In this document: one piece after another, positions 35,351 through 44,063 of the stretch
How positions within the stretch are numbered: the first letter of the stretch is position 1
Layout: the number at the start of each line of letters is the position of its first letter
From: a virus
Lineage: Duplodnaviria; Caudoviricetes
Length of the DNA: 49,768 nucleotides
IMG/VR virus record: IMGVR_UViG_3300022178_000003
Location: 1-49,768 of that record
Strand: one strand, 5' to 3'
Notes under the pieces: model-generated
Told to the model about the DNA's origin: nothing
The model's database searches: none
Seen by the model: the letters and a program-made list of their open reading frames with translations, nothing else
Position numbers and translations under genes: made by a program

Positions 35351-35749
35351 ATGTCAAACAATAAAGAACTCACAACTAAGCAACAATCATTTCTTGATAG
35401 CCTTGTAGCCTGTAATGGCGACACAAGACTAGCAGGAGAAATGGCAGGCTATGCGCCTACAAGCATTAATAGTGTTGTTAAGAGCTTAAAAACAGAGATA
35501 CTTGATCTTGCTACAAATATACTAGCTCAAAGCGCCCCTAAAGCTGCTCTAAAGCTCGTACACATCATGGACAGTGAAGTTCCTATCCCACAAGCTAACA
35601 TGCGTATACAGGCCGCACAGACCATTCTAGACCGTGTAGGCTTAGGTAAGACTGATAGGCTAGATGTGACAGTAAACACAAGTGGTGGTTTATTCGTCAT
35701 ACCGGCGAAAAAAGAGGTAGTTATAGATGCAGACTATACGGAGGTCTAG
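35351..35749 (+). CDS. terS: Terminase small subunit
   Basis: ELTTKQQSFLD...AGEMAGY HTH; AAQTILDRVG; lies upstream of TerL. Confidence 0.75.
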   Translation: MSNNKELTTKQQSFLDSLVACNGDTRLAGEMAGYAPTSINSVVKSLKTEILDLATNILAQSAPKAALKLVHIMDSEVPIPQANMRIQAAQTILDRVGLGKTDRLDVTVNTSGGLFVIPAKKEVVIDADYTEV

Positions 35750-35960
35750 TAGCACTATACCGTTTGGCTATGCATTAGACGAGAAGAACACAGAGCTTCT
35801 TACGCCTATAGACGATGAACTAAAAGCTTTAGATAAGGTCATACCCATGATCAAAGATAAAACATTAAGTTTACGAGAAGGCAGCTTGTGGTTAGAGTTT
35901 GAAACAGGACGCAAGCTTTCGCACATGGGTCTAAAGAAAATAGTAGATAAGCGCACATGA
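35727..35960 (+). CDS. Small DNA-binding protein (recombinase-domain-like HTH)
   Basis: IPFGY...LSLREGSLWLEFETGRKLSHMGLKKIV; GAGG RBS. Confidence 0.6.
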   Translation: MQTIRRSSSTIPFGYALDEKNTELLTPIDDELKALDKVIPMIKDKTLSLREGSLWLEFETGRKLSHMGLKKIVDKRT

Positions 35961-37633
35961 ATGATTGGGAACTAAATCCCGATAACTACGCAAAAGACGA
36001 CAACGGAGAGTTTATACTCAAAGTTGACGGGACACCGCGTAAGAAGTCAGGCAGAGCTAAAGGATCTAAAAGCCGTGGTTATAATTACCATTCTGAGACT
36101 AAGGCAAAGATGGCTGCAAAGAAAGCAGTCAAAGAAAAACAAAAGAAATTAAAGGCAGCCCAAGCTAAAGTCGATAACTATAAGAAGTCAATAAGTAAAA
36201 CTAAAAAGACTTTAATACAGCTTGCTAACGATAAAGCAAGTAAAATTATAAGCGAAGAAGACTTACAAGATCTTCCAAAGCCTTTAGCAACTGAAGCTCA
36301 AGAGGACGTTATCTTCAAGGCCAACGAAGGCCCACAGGAAGACTTTCTTGCCGCAGGAGAAACAGATGTCCTGTATGGCGGAGCAGCAGGGGGTGGTAAG
36401 TCCTACGCTATGCTTGTAGACCCATTGCGTTTTGCACACAGAGCTGCACATAGAGGTTTGATTATTAGGCGCTCTATGCCTGAACTGCGCGAACTGATTG
36501 ATAAGAGTCGTGAGCTGTACCCAAAAGCCTTTCCGGGCTGTAAGTACAAAGAAGTAGAAAAACTTTGGAACTTTCCAAGCGGAGCAAAGATTGAGTTTGG
36601 ATTCTTGGAACGAGATGCAGATGTTTATCGCTATCAGGGCCAAGCATATAGCTGGATAGGGTTTGATGAGATTACTCACCTTCCGACAGAGTTTGCTTGG
36701 AACTACTTGGCTTCAAGACTGCGTACTACAGACCCAGAGATACAAGTCTATATGCGTTGTACAGCTAACCCCGGTGGTGCTGGAGCAACATGGGTAAAAA
36801 AACGATACATAGACCCCGCACCGTCCTACGAATCTTTTATAGGTGCAGATGGACTAACACGAAAGTTTATACCTGCTAGGTTGCAAGACAACCCCTTCCT
36901 AGCCACAGACGGACGTTACGAACAGATGCTAAAGGCTTTGCCGCCTACACAGCGACAACAGCTATTAGACGGCAATTGGGATGTTTCAGAGGGCGCAGCC
37001 TTTACTGAGTTTGTTCCGCAGCTACATGTAATTACACCTTTTGAGATTCCGGTACACTGGGAACGTATAAAAGGGATTGACTACGGGTATGCGTCTGAGT
37101 CTGCTTGTATTTGGGGTGCAGTAGATCCGAGTGACGGCACACTGATTATATATCGTGAGCTGTATAAAAAAGGTTTATTGGGTACTGACCTAGCAGATTT
37201 AATTACAAACATGGAACTAGCAGACCCCTTTTCAGTTCCCGGAGTGCTTGATACAGCTTGCTGGAGTCGCACCGGAACTACAGGCCCAACAATCGGAGAG
37301 ACCCTCATAAGAGCTGGTCATAAGCTAAGAAGAGCTGATAAGAACCGAATACAGGGCAAAATACAAATCCATGAATACTTAAAAGTAATGCAAAGCGGTA
37401 GGCCACGAATACAGATATTTAATACATGCCCGAACCTGATACGCGAACTTCAAAGTATTCCTCTGGATAAAAAGAACCCAGAAGACGTAGACACACATGC
37501 ACCCGATCATGCATACGATGCACTACGTTATCTGATTATGTCTAGACCTCGTATAAACGATACGCTGAGTCAGATGAGACAGTTTCATCGGGAAAGCACA
37601 TTTACTCCTGTTGATTCCACTTTTGGATATTAA
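35957..37633 (+). CDS. terL: Terminase large subunit with basic N-terminal extension
   Basis: YGGAAGGGKS (Walker A), IGFDE (Walker B), TANPGG, GIDYG, DHAYDALRY. Confidence 0.93.
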   Translation: MNDWELNPDNYAKDDNGEFILKVDGTPRKKSGRAKGSKSRGYNYHSETKAKMAAKKAVKEKQKKLKAAQAKVDNYKKSISKTKKTLIQLANDKASKIISEEDLQDLPKPLATEAQEDVIFKANEGPQEDFLAAGETDVLYGGAAGGGKSYAMLVDPLRFAHRAAHRGLIIRRSMPELRELIDKSRELYPKAFPGCKYKEVEKLWNFPSGAKIEFGFLERDADVYRYQGQAYSWIGFDEITHLPTEFAWNYLASRLRTTDPEIQVYMRCTANPGGAGATWVKKRYIDPAPSYESFIGADGLTRKFIPARLQDNPFLATDGRYEQMLKALPPTQRQQLLDGNWDVSEGAAFTEFVPQLHVITPFEIPVHWERIKGIDYGYASESACIWGAVDPSDGTLIIYRELYKKGLLGTDLADLITNMELADPFSVPGVLDTACWSRTGTTGPTIGETLIRAGHKLRRADKNRIQGKIQIHEYLKVMQSGRPRIQIFNTCPNLIRELQSIPLDKKNPEDVDTHAPDHAYDALRYLIMSRPRINDTLSQMRQFHRESTFTPVDSTFGY

Positions 37634-37638
37634 GATAT

Positions 37639-39801
37639 ATGAACGAAGAAAACGGTTTATTTGGAAACGCAAACGAGCTTTACTTCACTCCTGTTGAAGG
37701 GGAGAGCGGTCTCGATTTAACGCTAGAAGAAGATGTTCGTCTTCGTTTTGTTGGTTTAGTTGAAGATCGTTTTGAGCAAGCTGAAAGAGCTAGAGAGCAT
37801 GATGAAGCTCGTTGGCTACAAGCATACCACAACTTCCGTGGTCTATATCCAAAACACGTTAAGTTTAGAGAATCAGAAAAATCTAAAGTATTTATTAAAG
37901 TAACTAAAACAAAAGTTATTGCAGCATTTGGTCAGTTGGTCGATGTTATATTTGGCACTGGCCAGTTTCCAATCGGTGTTAAAGAAACTAAAATTCCTGA
38001 AGGTGTTTCAAGCTATAAGCATTTAGACACTGCTCCGGGAATTGAAACTTCTGCACCTGTAGAAACCACCGAAGAAGAAAGTAATCCTTTTGATGTCGGT
38101 TACGAAGGCGATGGAAAAGTATTAAAACCCGGCGCAACTTTTTCATCTGGCGAATCAGCTTTTGAAAATGCAATAGAAGAAGCAGACTTATCTTTTGTTG
38201 ACGGCCCTAGTCCTAACCCACAAACGTTAGAAATTGCACCTGCAAAAAGTGCAGCACGGCTAATGGAAAAACTAATACACGATCAGATAGAAGAGTCTAA
38301 TGGTTCTTCAGAGCTTCGTAATGCTTTGTTCGAGTCTGCGCTGTTTGGAACTGGAGTCGTTAAAGGCCCATTCAACTACAATAAAACTCTTAGTCGTTGG
38401 GAAAAAGACGAAGCTACAGGCGAAAGAAGTTACAACCCTTTGTTTGTTCGTGTTCCGCGTATTGAGTTTGTAAGCATTTGGGATTTTTTTCCAGACCCTA
38501 ATGCAACTACAATGGAAGACTGCGAATACACATTTCACCGTCACAAAATGAACCGTTCTCAGCTTAGAGGATTAGCAAAACTTCCTCATTTTAATAAGGA
38601 TCAAATCCGTGAATGTTTGCAGATGGGTTCAAATTATATTGAAAAAGATTACGAAACTGAATTAAAAGACGATCAAACTACCGAAGAGTATGGAGACGGC
38701 TTATTTGAAGTTTTAGAATACTGGGGTGTTATGGATGCACAATATGCTAAAGAAGCTGGAATGGATCTTCCAAATGAGGTAGACGATTTAGATGAAGTAC
38801 AAGTTAATGCTTGGATTAGTAATGGTAAGTTGTTACGTGGGGTTGTTAATCCATTTACTCCGTACCGACTCCCCTACAATGCCTTTCCTTACGAGCGTAA
38901 TCCTTATTCTTTCTTCGGTATTGGCGTTGCTGAGAATATGGACGACTCACAACAAATAATGAATGGGCATGCACGTATGGCAATTGATAACCTAGCGTTG
39001 TCAGGCTCATTAGTGTTTGACGTAGACGAGTCTGCTTTAGTTGGTGGACAATCAATGGAAATATACCCCGGCAAGGTATTTAGAAGGCAAGCAGGAATGC
39101 AAGGTCAAGCTATTCATGGCTTAAAGTTTCCTAACACATCACAAGAAAACATGATGATGTTTGACAAGTTTCGTCAGCTTGCCGATGAGCAGACAGGTAT
39201 TCCAAGTTATTCACACGGACAAACAGGCGTACAGAGCATGACACGCACTGCATCAGGAATGTCTATGTTGTTGGGTGCTGCGTCTTTAAACATTAAAACA
39301 GTTGTTAAAAACATAGACGATTTTTTACTGAAGCCGCTTGGTAAGTCTTATTATCAATGGAACATGCAGTTCTTTGAAGGTGAGTTAGACATCGAGGGCG
39401 ATTTAGAAGTTCAAGCTATGGGCACAAACAGCCTAATGCAAAAAGAAGTTCGAAGTCAACGACTAACTATGTTTCTTCAAACTGCACAAAACCCTGCGAT
39501 TGCACCGTTTGTTAAAATCTCTAAAATTGTTAGTGAGTTGGCTTATAGCCTTGATCTTGACCCTGATGAGATTCTTAATGACCCTGAAGAAGCCGCAATC
39601 ATGGCACAAATTATAGGAGCGCAAAATGCTGGACAAGGAAATGGCAGCGAGGCTGTCCCCCCTAGTGACCAACCCGGAGCTATGGGAGGCGTTCAAGGAG
39701 CATCTGAGCAACCTCAAGACCTTGGAGCTACAGGCACTGGCGGTGGCAACATCGGAACTGGAAATGTTCCGCAAGCAGGGGAAAGTGAGTTCTCTGGGTA
39801 A
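37639..39801 (+). CDS. Portal protein
   Basis: 720 aa after TerL; ALFGTGVVKGP, FFGIGVAE, RTASGMSML; flexible G/Q tail. Confidence 0.85.
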   Translation: MNEENGLFGNANELYFTPVEGESGLDLTLEEDVRLRFVGLVEDRFEQAERAREHDEARWLQAYHNFRGLYPKHVKFRESEKSKVFIKVTKTKVIAAFGQLVDVIFGTGQFPIGVKETKIPEGVSSYKHLDTAPGIETSAPVETTEEESNPFDVGYEGDGKVLKPGATFSSGESAFENAIEEADLSFVDGPSPNPQTLEIAPAKSAARLMEKLIHDQIEESNGSSELRNALFESALFGTGVVKGPFNYNKTLSRWEKDEATGERSYNPLFVRVPRIEFVSIWDFFPDPNATTMEDCEYTFHRHKMNRSQLRGLAKLPHFNKDQIRECLQMGSNYIEKDYETELKDDQTTEEYGDGLFEVLEYWGVMDAQYAKEAGMDLPNEVDDLDEVQVNAWISNGKLLRGVVNPFTPYRLPYNAFPYERNPYSFFGIGVAENMDDSQQIMNGHARMAIDNLALSGSLVFDVDESALVGGQSMEIYPGKVFRRQAGMQGQAIHGLKFPNTSQENMMMFDKFRQLADEQTGIPSYSHGQTGVQSMTRTASGMSMLLGAASLNIKTVVKNIDDFLLKPLGKSYYQWNMQFFEGELDIEGDLEVQAMGTNSLMQKEVRSQRLTMFLQTAQNPAIAPFVKISKIVSELAYSLDLDPDEILNDPEEAAIMAQIIGAQNAGQGNGSEAVPPSDQPGAMGGVQGASEQPQDLGATGTGGGNIGTGNVPQAGESEFSG

Positions 39802-39856
39802 CTTACTACAACTAAAAGATCAAATACGAGAAGCTAAACAAAGAACTGGGGATTAA
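39626..39856 (+). CDS. Small helical protein overlapping the portal 3' end
   Basis: AGGAG RBS before ATG; amphipathic helices, FRKQGKV; stop abuts the next start. Confidence 0.6.
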   Translation: MLDKEMAARLSPLVTNPELWEAFKEHLSNLKTLELQALAVATSELEMFRKQGKVSSLGNLLQLKDQIREAKQRTGD

Positions 39857-39857
39857 A

Positions 39858-41051
39858 ATGTCAGAAAACATAGACGACAAACGATATAGAATGCAGATAG
39901 AAGAAAAAAAACGCATTTCAAAACTAGAAGCTGAAACCGCAAAACGCGCTGCTGATTATAATAATGCAATGGAGTCTGGCGACATTTCTCTTGAATTAGA
40001 AAAAAAACTAAAAGAACAACAAGCTGAACAAGAAATGGATCGTAAAATGAAAAAGGCTGCCGAAAGATATGGTCTTTCTAAAGGCGGCTCTATGCTAAGC
40101 TCTCCAGAACGTGAAGAGTTTAGACTAGGGTCTATTGTTAAAGCTACAATTAATGCAGCTAATAAAACTAAAAGCGCGGCTAATAAAAAATTAGACAAGC
40201 TTTCAGGTGTAGATGAAAAATCTCCCGGAAGGACAGCAGAAGATCGTGGAGTTGTTGTAGGAAAAGACCGAACACAAGCTTTTAAAACAACAGAACAAAT
40301 TAAAGGTGCTGGCAAGGCTGCCCTTGTTATAGGCGGTGGGGACTGGGCGTATAATAAATTAACGGCTAAAGAAAAATCTTCTTTTGATAAAGCTTTTAGT
40401 AAAGCGCATAACGAAGGAAAAGAAACTTTTACGTTTGAAGGAAAAGAATTTAGCACAGAAGTGCGCAAAGGAAAAATGTCTGGTGGTATGTTACAGTACA
40501 ACGAAGGCTCTATGCTTGTAGCCCCTGAAATGGGCTTAGAAGACGAGATGCCAGTAGATACATACGACAACATCCCAGAAGACGAAAAAGCAGCTGTAGA
40601 AGCTTCACAGCTTCCAGACGATGAAATGGAAGAAGACTACACTGAATATGTCTTAGAGCAATCTTTAGACATGGAAGACCAAGAATATTTAATGGGCATT
40701 CTAGAAGGTGATGAACGCCTAAGCAGCATCTTTGATAAGGTTATGGATGTTGCAGGAGAATTTGCTGGCGAAGGAGCTGTAGAAGGCCCCGGAGACGGCA
40801 CATCAGATTCGATACCTGCAAGGTTATCGGACGGTGAATTTGTTTTCACCAAAAAAGCCACCGATCAATTAGGTGCGGATCAGCTACAAACTATGATGGA
40901 CGAAGCTGAGAAAGCCTATGACGGTGGTTTAATGAAGAAAGCATTTGGCGGCATGGTCGATGACATCCCTATGGATGAGCGTCAAGAAGACGAAGAAATC
41001 AACAATATGATGATTGCTTCTAATCAGATGCCAAGTGTTAGACCCCGATAA
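39858..41051 (+). CDS. Modular head-associated protein with GPGxGTSDSIPARLSDGEFV domain and repeated xxGG motifs
   Basis: Located between portal and scaffold; motifs read directly from the translation; function inferred only. Confidence 0.6.
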   Translation: MSENIDDKRYRMQIEEKKRISKLEAETAKRAADYNNAMESGDISLELEKKLKEQQAEQEMDRKMKKAAERYGLSKGGSMLSSPEREEFRLGSIVKATINAANKTKSAANKKLDKLSGVDEKSPGRTAEDRGVVVGKDRTQAFKTTEQIKGAGKAALVIGGGDWAYNKLTAKEKSSFDKAFSKAHNEGKETFTFEGKEFSTEVRKGKMSGGMLQYNEGSMLVAPEMGLEDEMPVDTYDNIPEDEKAAVEASQLPDDEMEEDYTEYVLEQSLDMEDQEYLMGILEGDERLSSIFDKVMDVAGEFAGEGAVEGPGDGTSDSIPARLSDGEFVFTKKATDQLGADQLQTMMDEAEKAYDGGLMKKAFGGMVDDIPMDERQEDEEINNMMIASNQMPSVRPR

Positions 41052-41340
41052 GGCCACTCTTTAACTAGACCCCTTATTATTTTTTTTTACCTAGAGGCCA
41101 CCTTGAAGTATCAAGACCCTGTACTGTAAACGCGAACAGCACAGCCACCTTGAAAGACTGACAAGCCCCAAAAGGAGTGTGATTATTATGTCCAATGCAA
41201 CTGAACAACTTGAAGAACCAACTGCGAATCCGTATAACTCTAAGAAGTCTTGGCACACGCCAGATGAACCAAGTAGAGGTAAAGCAGATACGCTTTTCTT
41301 TGAAGAACCCTCACAGGCTACCCGCGAAGAAGCGGCCCCT
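41052..41340 (+). promoter_or_regulatory. Four GCYAC-[hairpin]-CCC elements around the scaffold start (candidate cis-regulatory RNA)
   Basis: Copies at 41052-41074, 41096-41120, 41143-41169 and 41316-41340 with different but complementary stems. Confidence 0.55.
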
Positions 41341-42039
41341 GAACCAGAAGAGAAAGAAACCAAAGGAAGAACAAATTATAAAAAGCGATACGATGACCTA
41401 AAGAAACACTATGATCAGAAGATAGCTTCTTTTAAGCAAAAGGAATTAGAACTTACCGCGATGGCACAAGAGACGCAACCTGCGTATGCCCCGCCTAAGT
41501 CAACTGAAGACCTTGAAAACTTTAGAGAGCAATATCCTGATCTATATGAAACTGTAGAAACTGTTGCACACTTACAAAGTGAACAACAACTAGAAGCTTT
41601 AAAAACTAAGATGTCTGTTATCGAAGAACGAGAAGCCGCCATCCAACGTAAAGAAGCTGAAGCTACACTACGTTCGCGCCATCCTGATTTTGAGGATATA
41701 CGCGGAGACGAAAAGTTTCATGATTGGGCTAAAGAACAACCTGAAGCAATTCAAGGTTGGATTTATGAAAACCCAAATAATGTTTCATTAGCAGTTAAAG
41801 CTATTGATCTTTATAAAATGGAAAATGGTATCAAGATTGTAAAAGAGCAAAAGACAAAAAAATCACAAGCCCCCAAATCTTCAGCGGCAGATATGGTGTC
41901 CACACGGACAACACAAATAGATGCTAAAGAACCAAAGATTTGGTCACAACGGGAAATTGCTAAACTGTCTATGGCTCAATTCGACAAATATGAAAGTGAG
42001 ATTGATCAAGCCATAATGGAAGGCAGAATAGTAGATTAA
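41188..42039 (+). CDS. Capsid scaffolding protein
   Basis: Acidic coiled-coil with YKKRYDDLKKH, HPDF and C-terminal IDQAIMEGRI; directly before the capsid gene; AGGAG RBS favours ATG 41188. Confidence 0.75.
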   Translation: MSNATEQLEEPTANPYNSKKSWHTPDEPSRGKADTLFFEEPSQATREEAAPEPEEKETKGRTNYKKRYDDLKKHYDQKIASFKQKELELTAMAQETQPAYAPPKSTEDLENFREQYPDLYETVETVAHLQSEQQLEALKTKMSVIEEREAAIQRKEAEATLRSRHPDFEDIRGDEKFHDWAKEQPEAIQGWIYENPNNVSLAVKAIDLYKMENGIKIVKEQKTKKSQAPKSSAADMVSTRTTQIDAKEPKIWSQREIAKLSMAQFDKYESEIDQAIMEGRIVD

Positions 42040-42070
42040 ATTAAATTGTCTTTTTTAGGAGTAACATAAC

Positions 42071-43060
42071 ATGGCTTATAACCAATCAGACCAACTATTT
42101 GAGCAAAGCACAGATACCAACGGTAACTTTGCTAACTCAATTTCCGGTCAAACTAACAGCTTCTTCATGCCCTCAATCTTTTCTAAGAAGGTTCTTAACT
42201 TCTTCCGGAAAGCATCGGTAGCTGAAGCAATTACCAACACTGACTATGCAGGCGAAATCTCAGGTTTCGGTGATTCTGTAAAGATCATCAAAGAGCCAGA
42301 AATCACTGTTTATCAGTATGAGCGTGGCGCTGACGTAACTCAGACTAAGCTAACTGACGTTGAAACTACTTTGATTGTAGATGTGGCTAACGCATTTAAA
42401 TTCAAAGTTGATGATATTGAAACTGCTATGTCTCACGTAAACTTCAAAGAGGTTGCATCTTCATCTGCCGCTTACGCATTGCGTGACGCATTTGATGCAG
42501 GCGTAATTGCTAAGATTATTGCAGGCGTTTCAGCTTCAAGCCCTAACCACATCCTTGGTAGCGACAGTGCTACTGACCTAGCCGCAGGAACTTTTGACGG
42601 CACTGGTAACTTGGACATTGGTTCTGGCTCTACCGAACATGATCCTTTAGATGTGATGGCTCACATGGCGCGTCTTCTTGACGAGCAGAACATCCCAGAA
42701 GAAGGTCGTTGGTTCTTGGCTCCACCTAGTTTTTACGAGCAACTATCTCAGTCTAGCTCTAAGTTGATGTCTGTTGATTTCAACGCCGGACAAGGTTCTA
42801 TCCGCAACGGATTGGTATCTTCTGGCAAGCTACGTGGATTTGACATGTACAAGTCTAACAACATTGCCGCTACAACTAACGCGGCAGGTCAAGTAGTATG
42901 TGGACACATTAGCTCTACTGCAACTGCACAGACCATCACAAGCACTGAAGTCCTACGCGACCCAGACAGCTTTGGTGACATCTGTCGTGGACTGCACGTA
43001 TATGGTGCTAAGGTTCTACGCCCAGACGCATTAGTATCTGCGTTCTACGGTATTGACTAA
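42071..43060 (+). CDS. Major capsid protein
   Basis: 329 aa; FMPSIFSKKVL, TNTDYAGEI..FGDSVKI, RDPDSFGDICRGLHVYGAKVLRP; strong AGGAG RBS. Confidence 0.9.
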   Translation: MAYNQSDQLFEQSTDTNGNFANSISGQTNSFFMPSIFSKKVLNFFRKASVAEAITNTDYAGEISGFGDSVKIIKEPEITVYQYERGADVTQTKLTDVETTLIVDVANAFKFKVDDIETAMSHVNFKEVASSSAAYALRDAFDAGVIAKIIAGVSASSPNHILGSDSATDLAAGTFDGTGNLDIGSGSTEHDPLDVMAHMARLLDEQNIPEEGRWFLAPPSFYEQLSQSSSKLMSVDFNAGQGSIRNGLVSSGKLRGFDMYKSNNIAATTNAAGQVVCGHISSTATAQTITSTEVLRDPDSFGDICRGLHVYGAKVLRPDALVSAFYGID

Positions 43061-43076
43061 GTAAGCAATTAGAGAC

Positions 43077-43096
43077 GAGGGGTGTCAAAGCCCCTC
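43077..43096 (+). terminator. Hairpin downstream of the capsid gene
   Basis: GAGGGG-N8-CCCCTC followed by a weak U tract (TGATCTTT). Confidence 0.45.
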
Positions 43097-43114
43097 TGAT
43101 CTTTGAGAGGCAAC

Positions 43115-43288
43115 ATGGCAATTATTGGAAGTAATGAAAAGCCTATAATGATGAGAGGCAAAAAGAGAGGAAAGATATTAGGCGATACAGGAAGTTGGTA
43201 TAAGCCCGAAAACAAAAAGAAGTATGAAGACAACTGGGACAGAATTTTTAATAAACCAGACACTAAAACAGAATCAAAGGCGCAATAA
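43115..43288 (+). CDS. Small basic protein with KYEDNWDRIF motif
   Basis: GAGG RBS before ATG 43115. Confidence 0.6.
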   Translation: MAIIGSNEKPIMMRGKKRGKILGDTGSWYKPENKKKYEDNWDRIFNKPDTKTESKAQ

Positions 43289-43291
43289 CAT

Positions 43292-44062
43292 ATGTCATCA
43301 ACTTATCTTGATTTAACTAACGAACTGTTACGAGAACTTAATGAAGTTACGTTAACAAGCGCAACATTTACAAGTGCGGTTGGTGTACAGCAACATGTTA
43401 AAGACTCACTTAATCGTGCATACTTTGATATCATTAACGAAGAACCGCAGTGGCCGTACTTAGCTGTTGCTGAAAGCGGTGACGTAGACCCGATGTATGG
43501 AAACGTATATGTCGAGACAACCGCAGGTACACGTTTTTACGAATTAAAACCCGCTAGTTCTAGTATTACTACGGACTACGGATCAATAGATTGGGATAAT
43601 TTTTATATTACTACTGTAGGTGTAGACGGAGAAACTGCTCCTTATGTTTCGCGCAACCTTCGCTTCATGACTACAGAGGCGTGGAAGGACTACCGAAGAA
43701 TTTCAGAAAATTTAGACGATGCTGACACACAACAATACGGTGAGCCTAGCAACGTCATCCGAAGCCCAGACTCACGAAAGTTTGGACTAAGCCCTATCCC
43801 AGATAAAACATATCGCGTATGGTTCTATGCTTGGAGCCTACCCACAAACCTTGTAGCTCACGGAGACACTGTAGTGTTCCCTGAAATGTATACATCTGTA
43901 TTACTAGCTAAAGCCCGATACTATATCTGGCAGTTTAAAGATAACCCACAAGCGGCGGCGTTTGCATTAGAAGATTTTAAGAAAGGATTACGCAGTATGC
44001 GTTCTAACCTTTTAGAGCCTACGCCCACTTATATCAAAGATGACCGAATGAGATTCGTATAA
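43292..44062 (+). CDS. Tail adaptor / tail tubular protein A-like
   Basis: TYLDLTNELLRELNE N-terminus, LSPIPDKTY; position after the capsid gene. Confidence 0.7.
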   Translation: MSSTYLDLTNELLRELNEVTLTSATFTSAVGVQQHVKDSLNRAYFDIINEEPQWPYLAVAESGDVDPMYGNVYVETTAGTRFYELKPASSSITTDYGSIDWDNFYITTVGVDGETAPYVSRNLRFMTTEAWKDYRRISENLDDADTQQYGEPSNVIRSPDSRKFGLSPIPDKTYRVWFYAWSLPTNLVAHGDTVVFPEMYTSVLLAKARYYIWQFKDNPQAAAFALEDFKKGLRSMRSNLLEPTPTYIKDDRMRFV

Positions 44063-44063
44063 T

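Noticed and set aside
34720-35424. ORFs 34720-34932 and 35227-35424 in the control region
   Set aside because: They run through subrepeats and promoter boxes, lack an RBS and look non-coding
35727-35960. Recombinase-like small gene as an integrase implying lysogeny
   Set aside because: Only 77 aa with no catalytic domain; no repressor or att-like context seen
43030-43120. Programmed frameshift or readthrough extending the capsid protein (as in T7 10B)
   Set aside because: No slippery heptamer near the capsid stop, and the next gene has its own RBS
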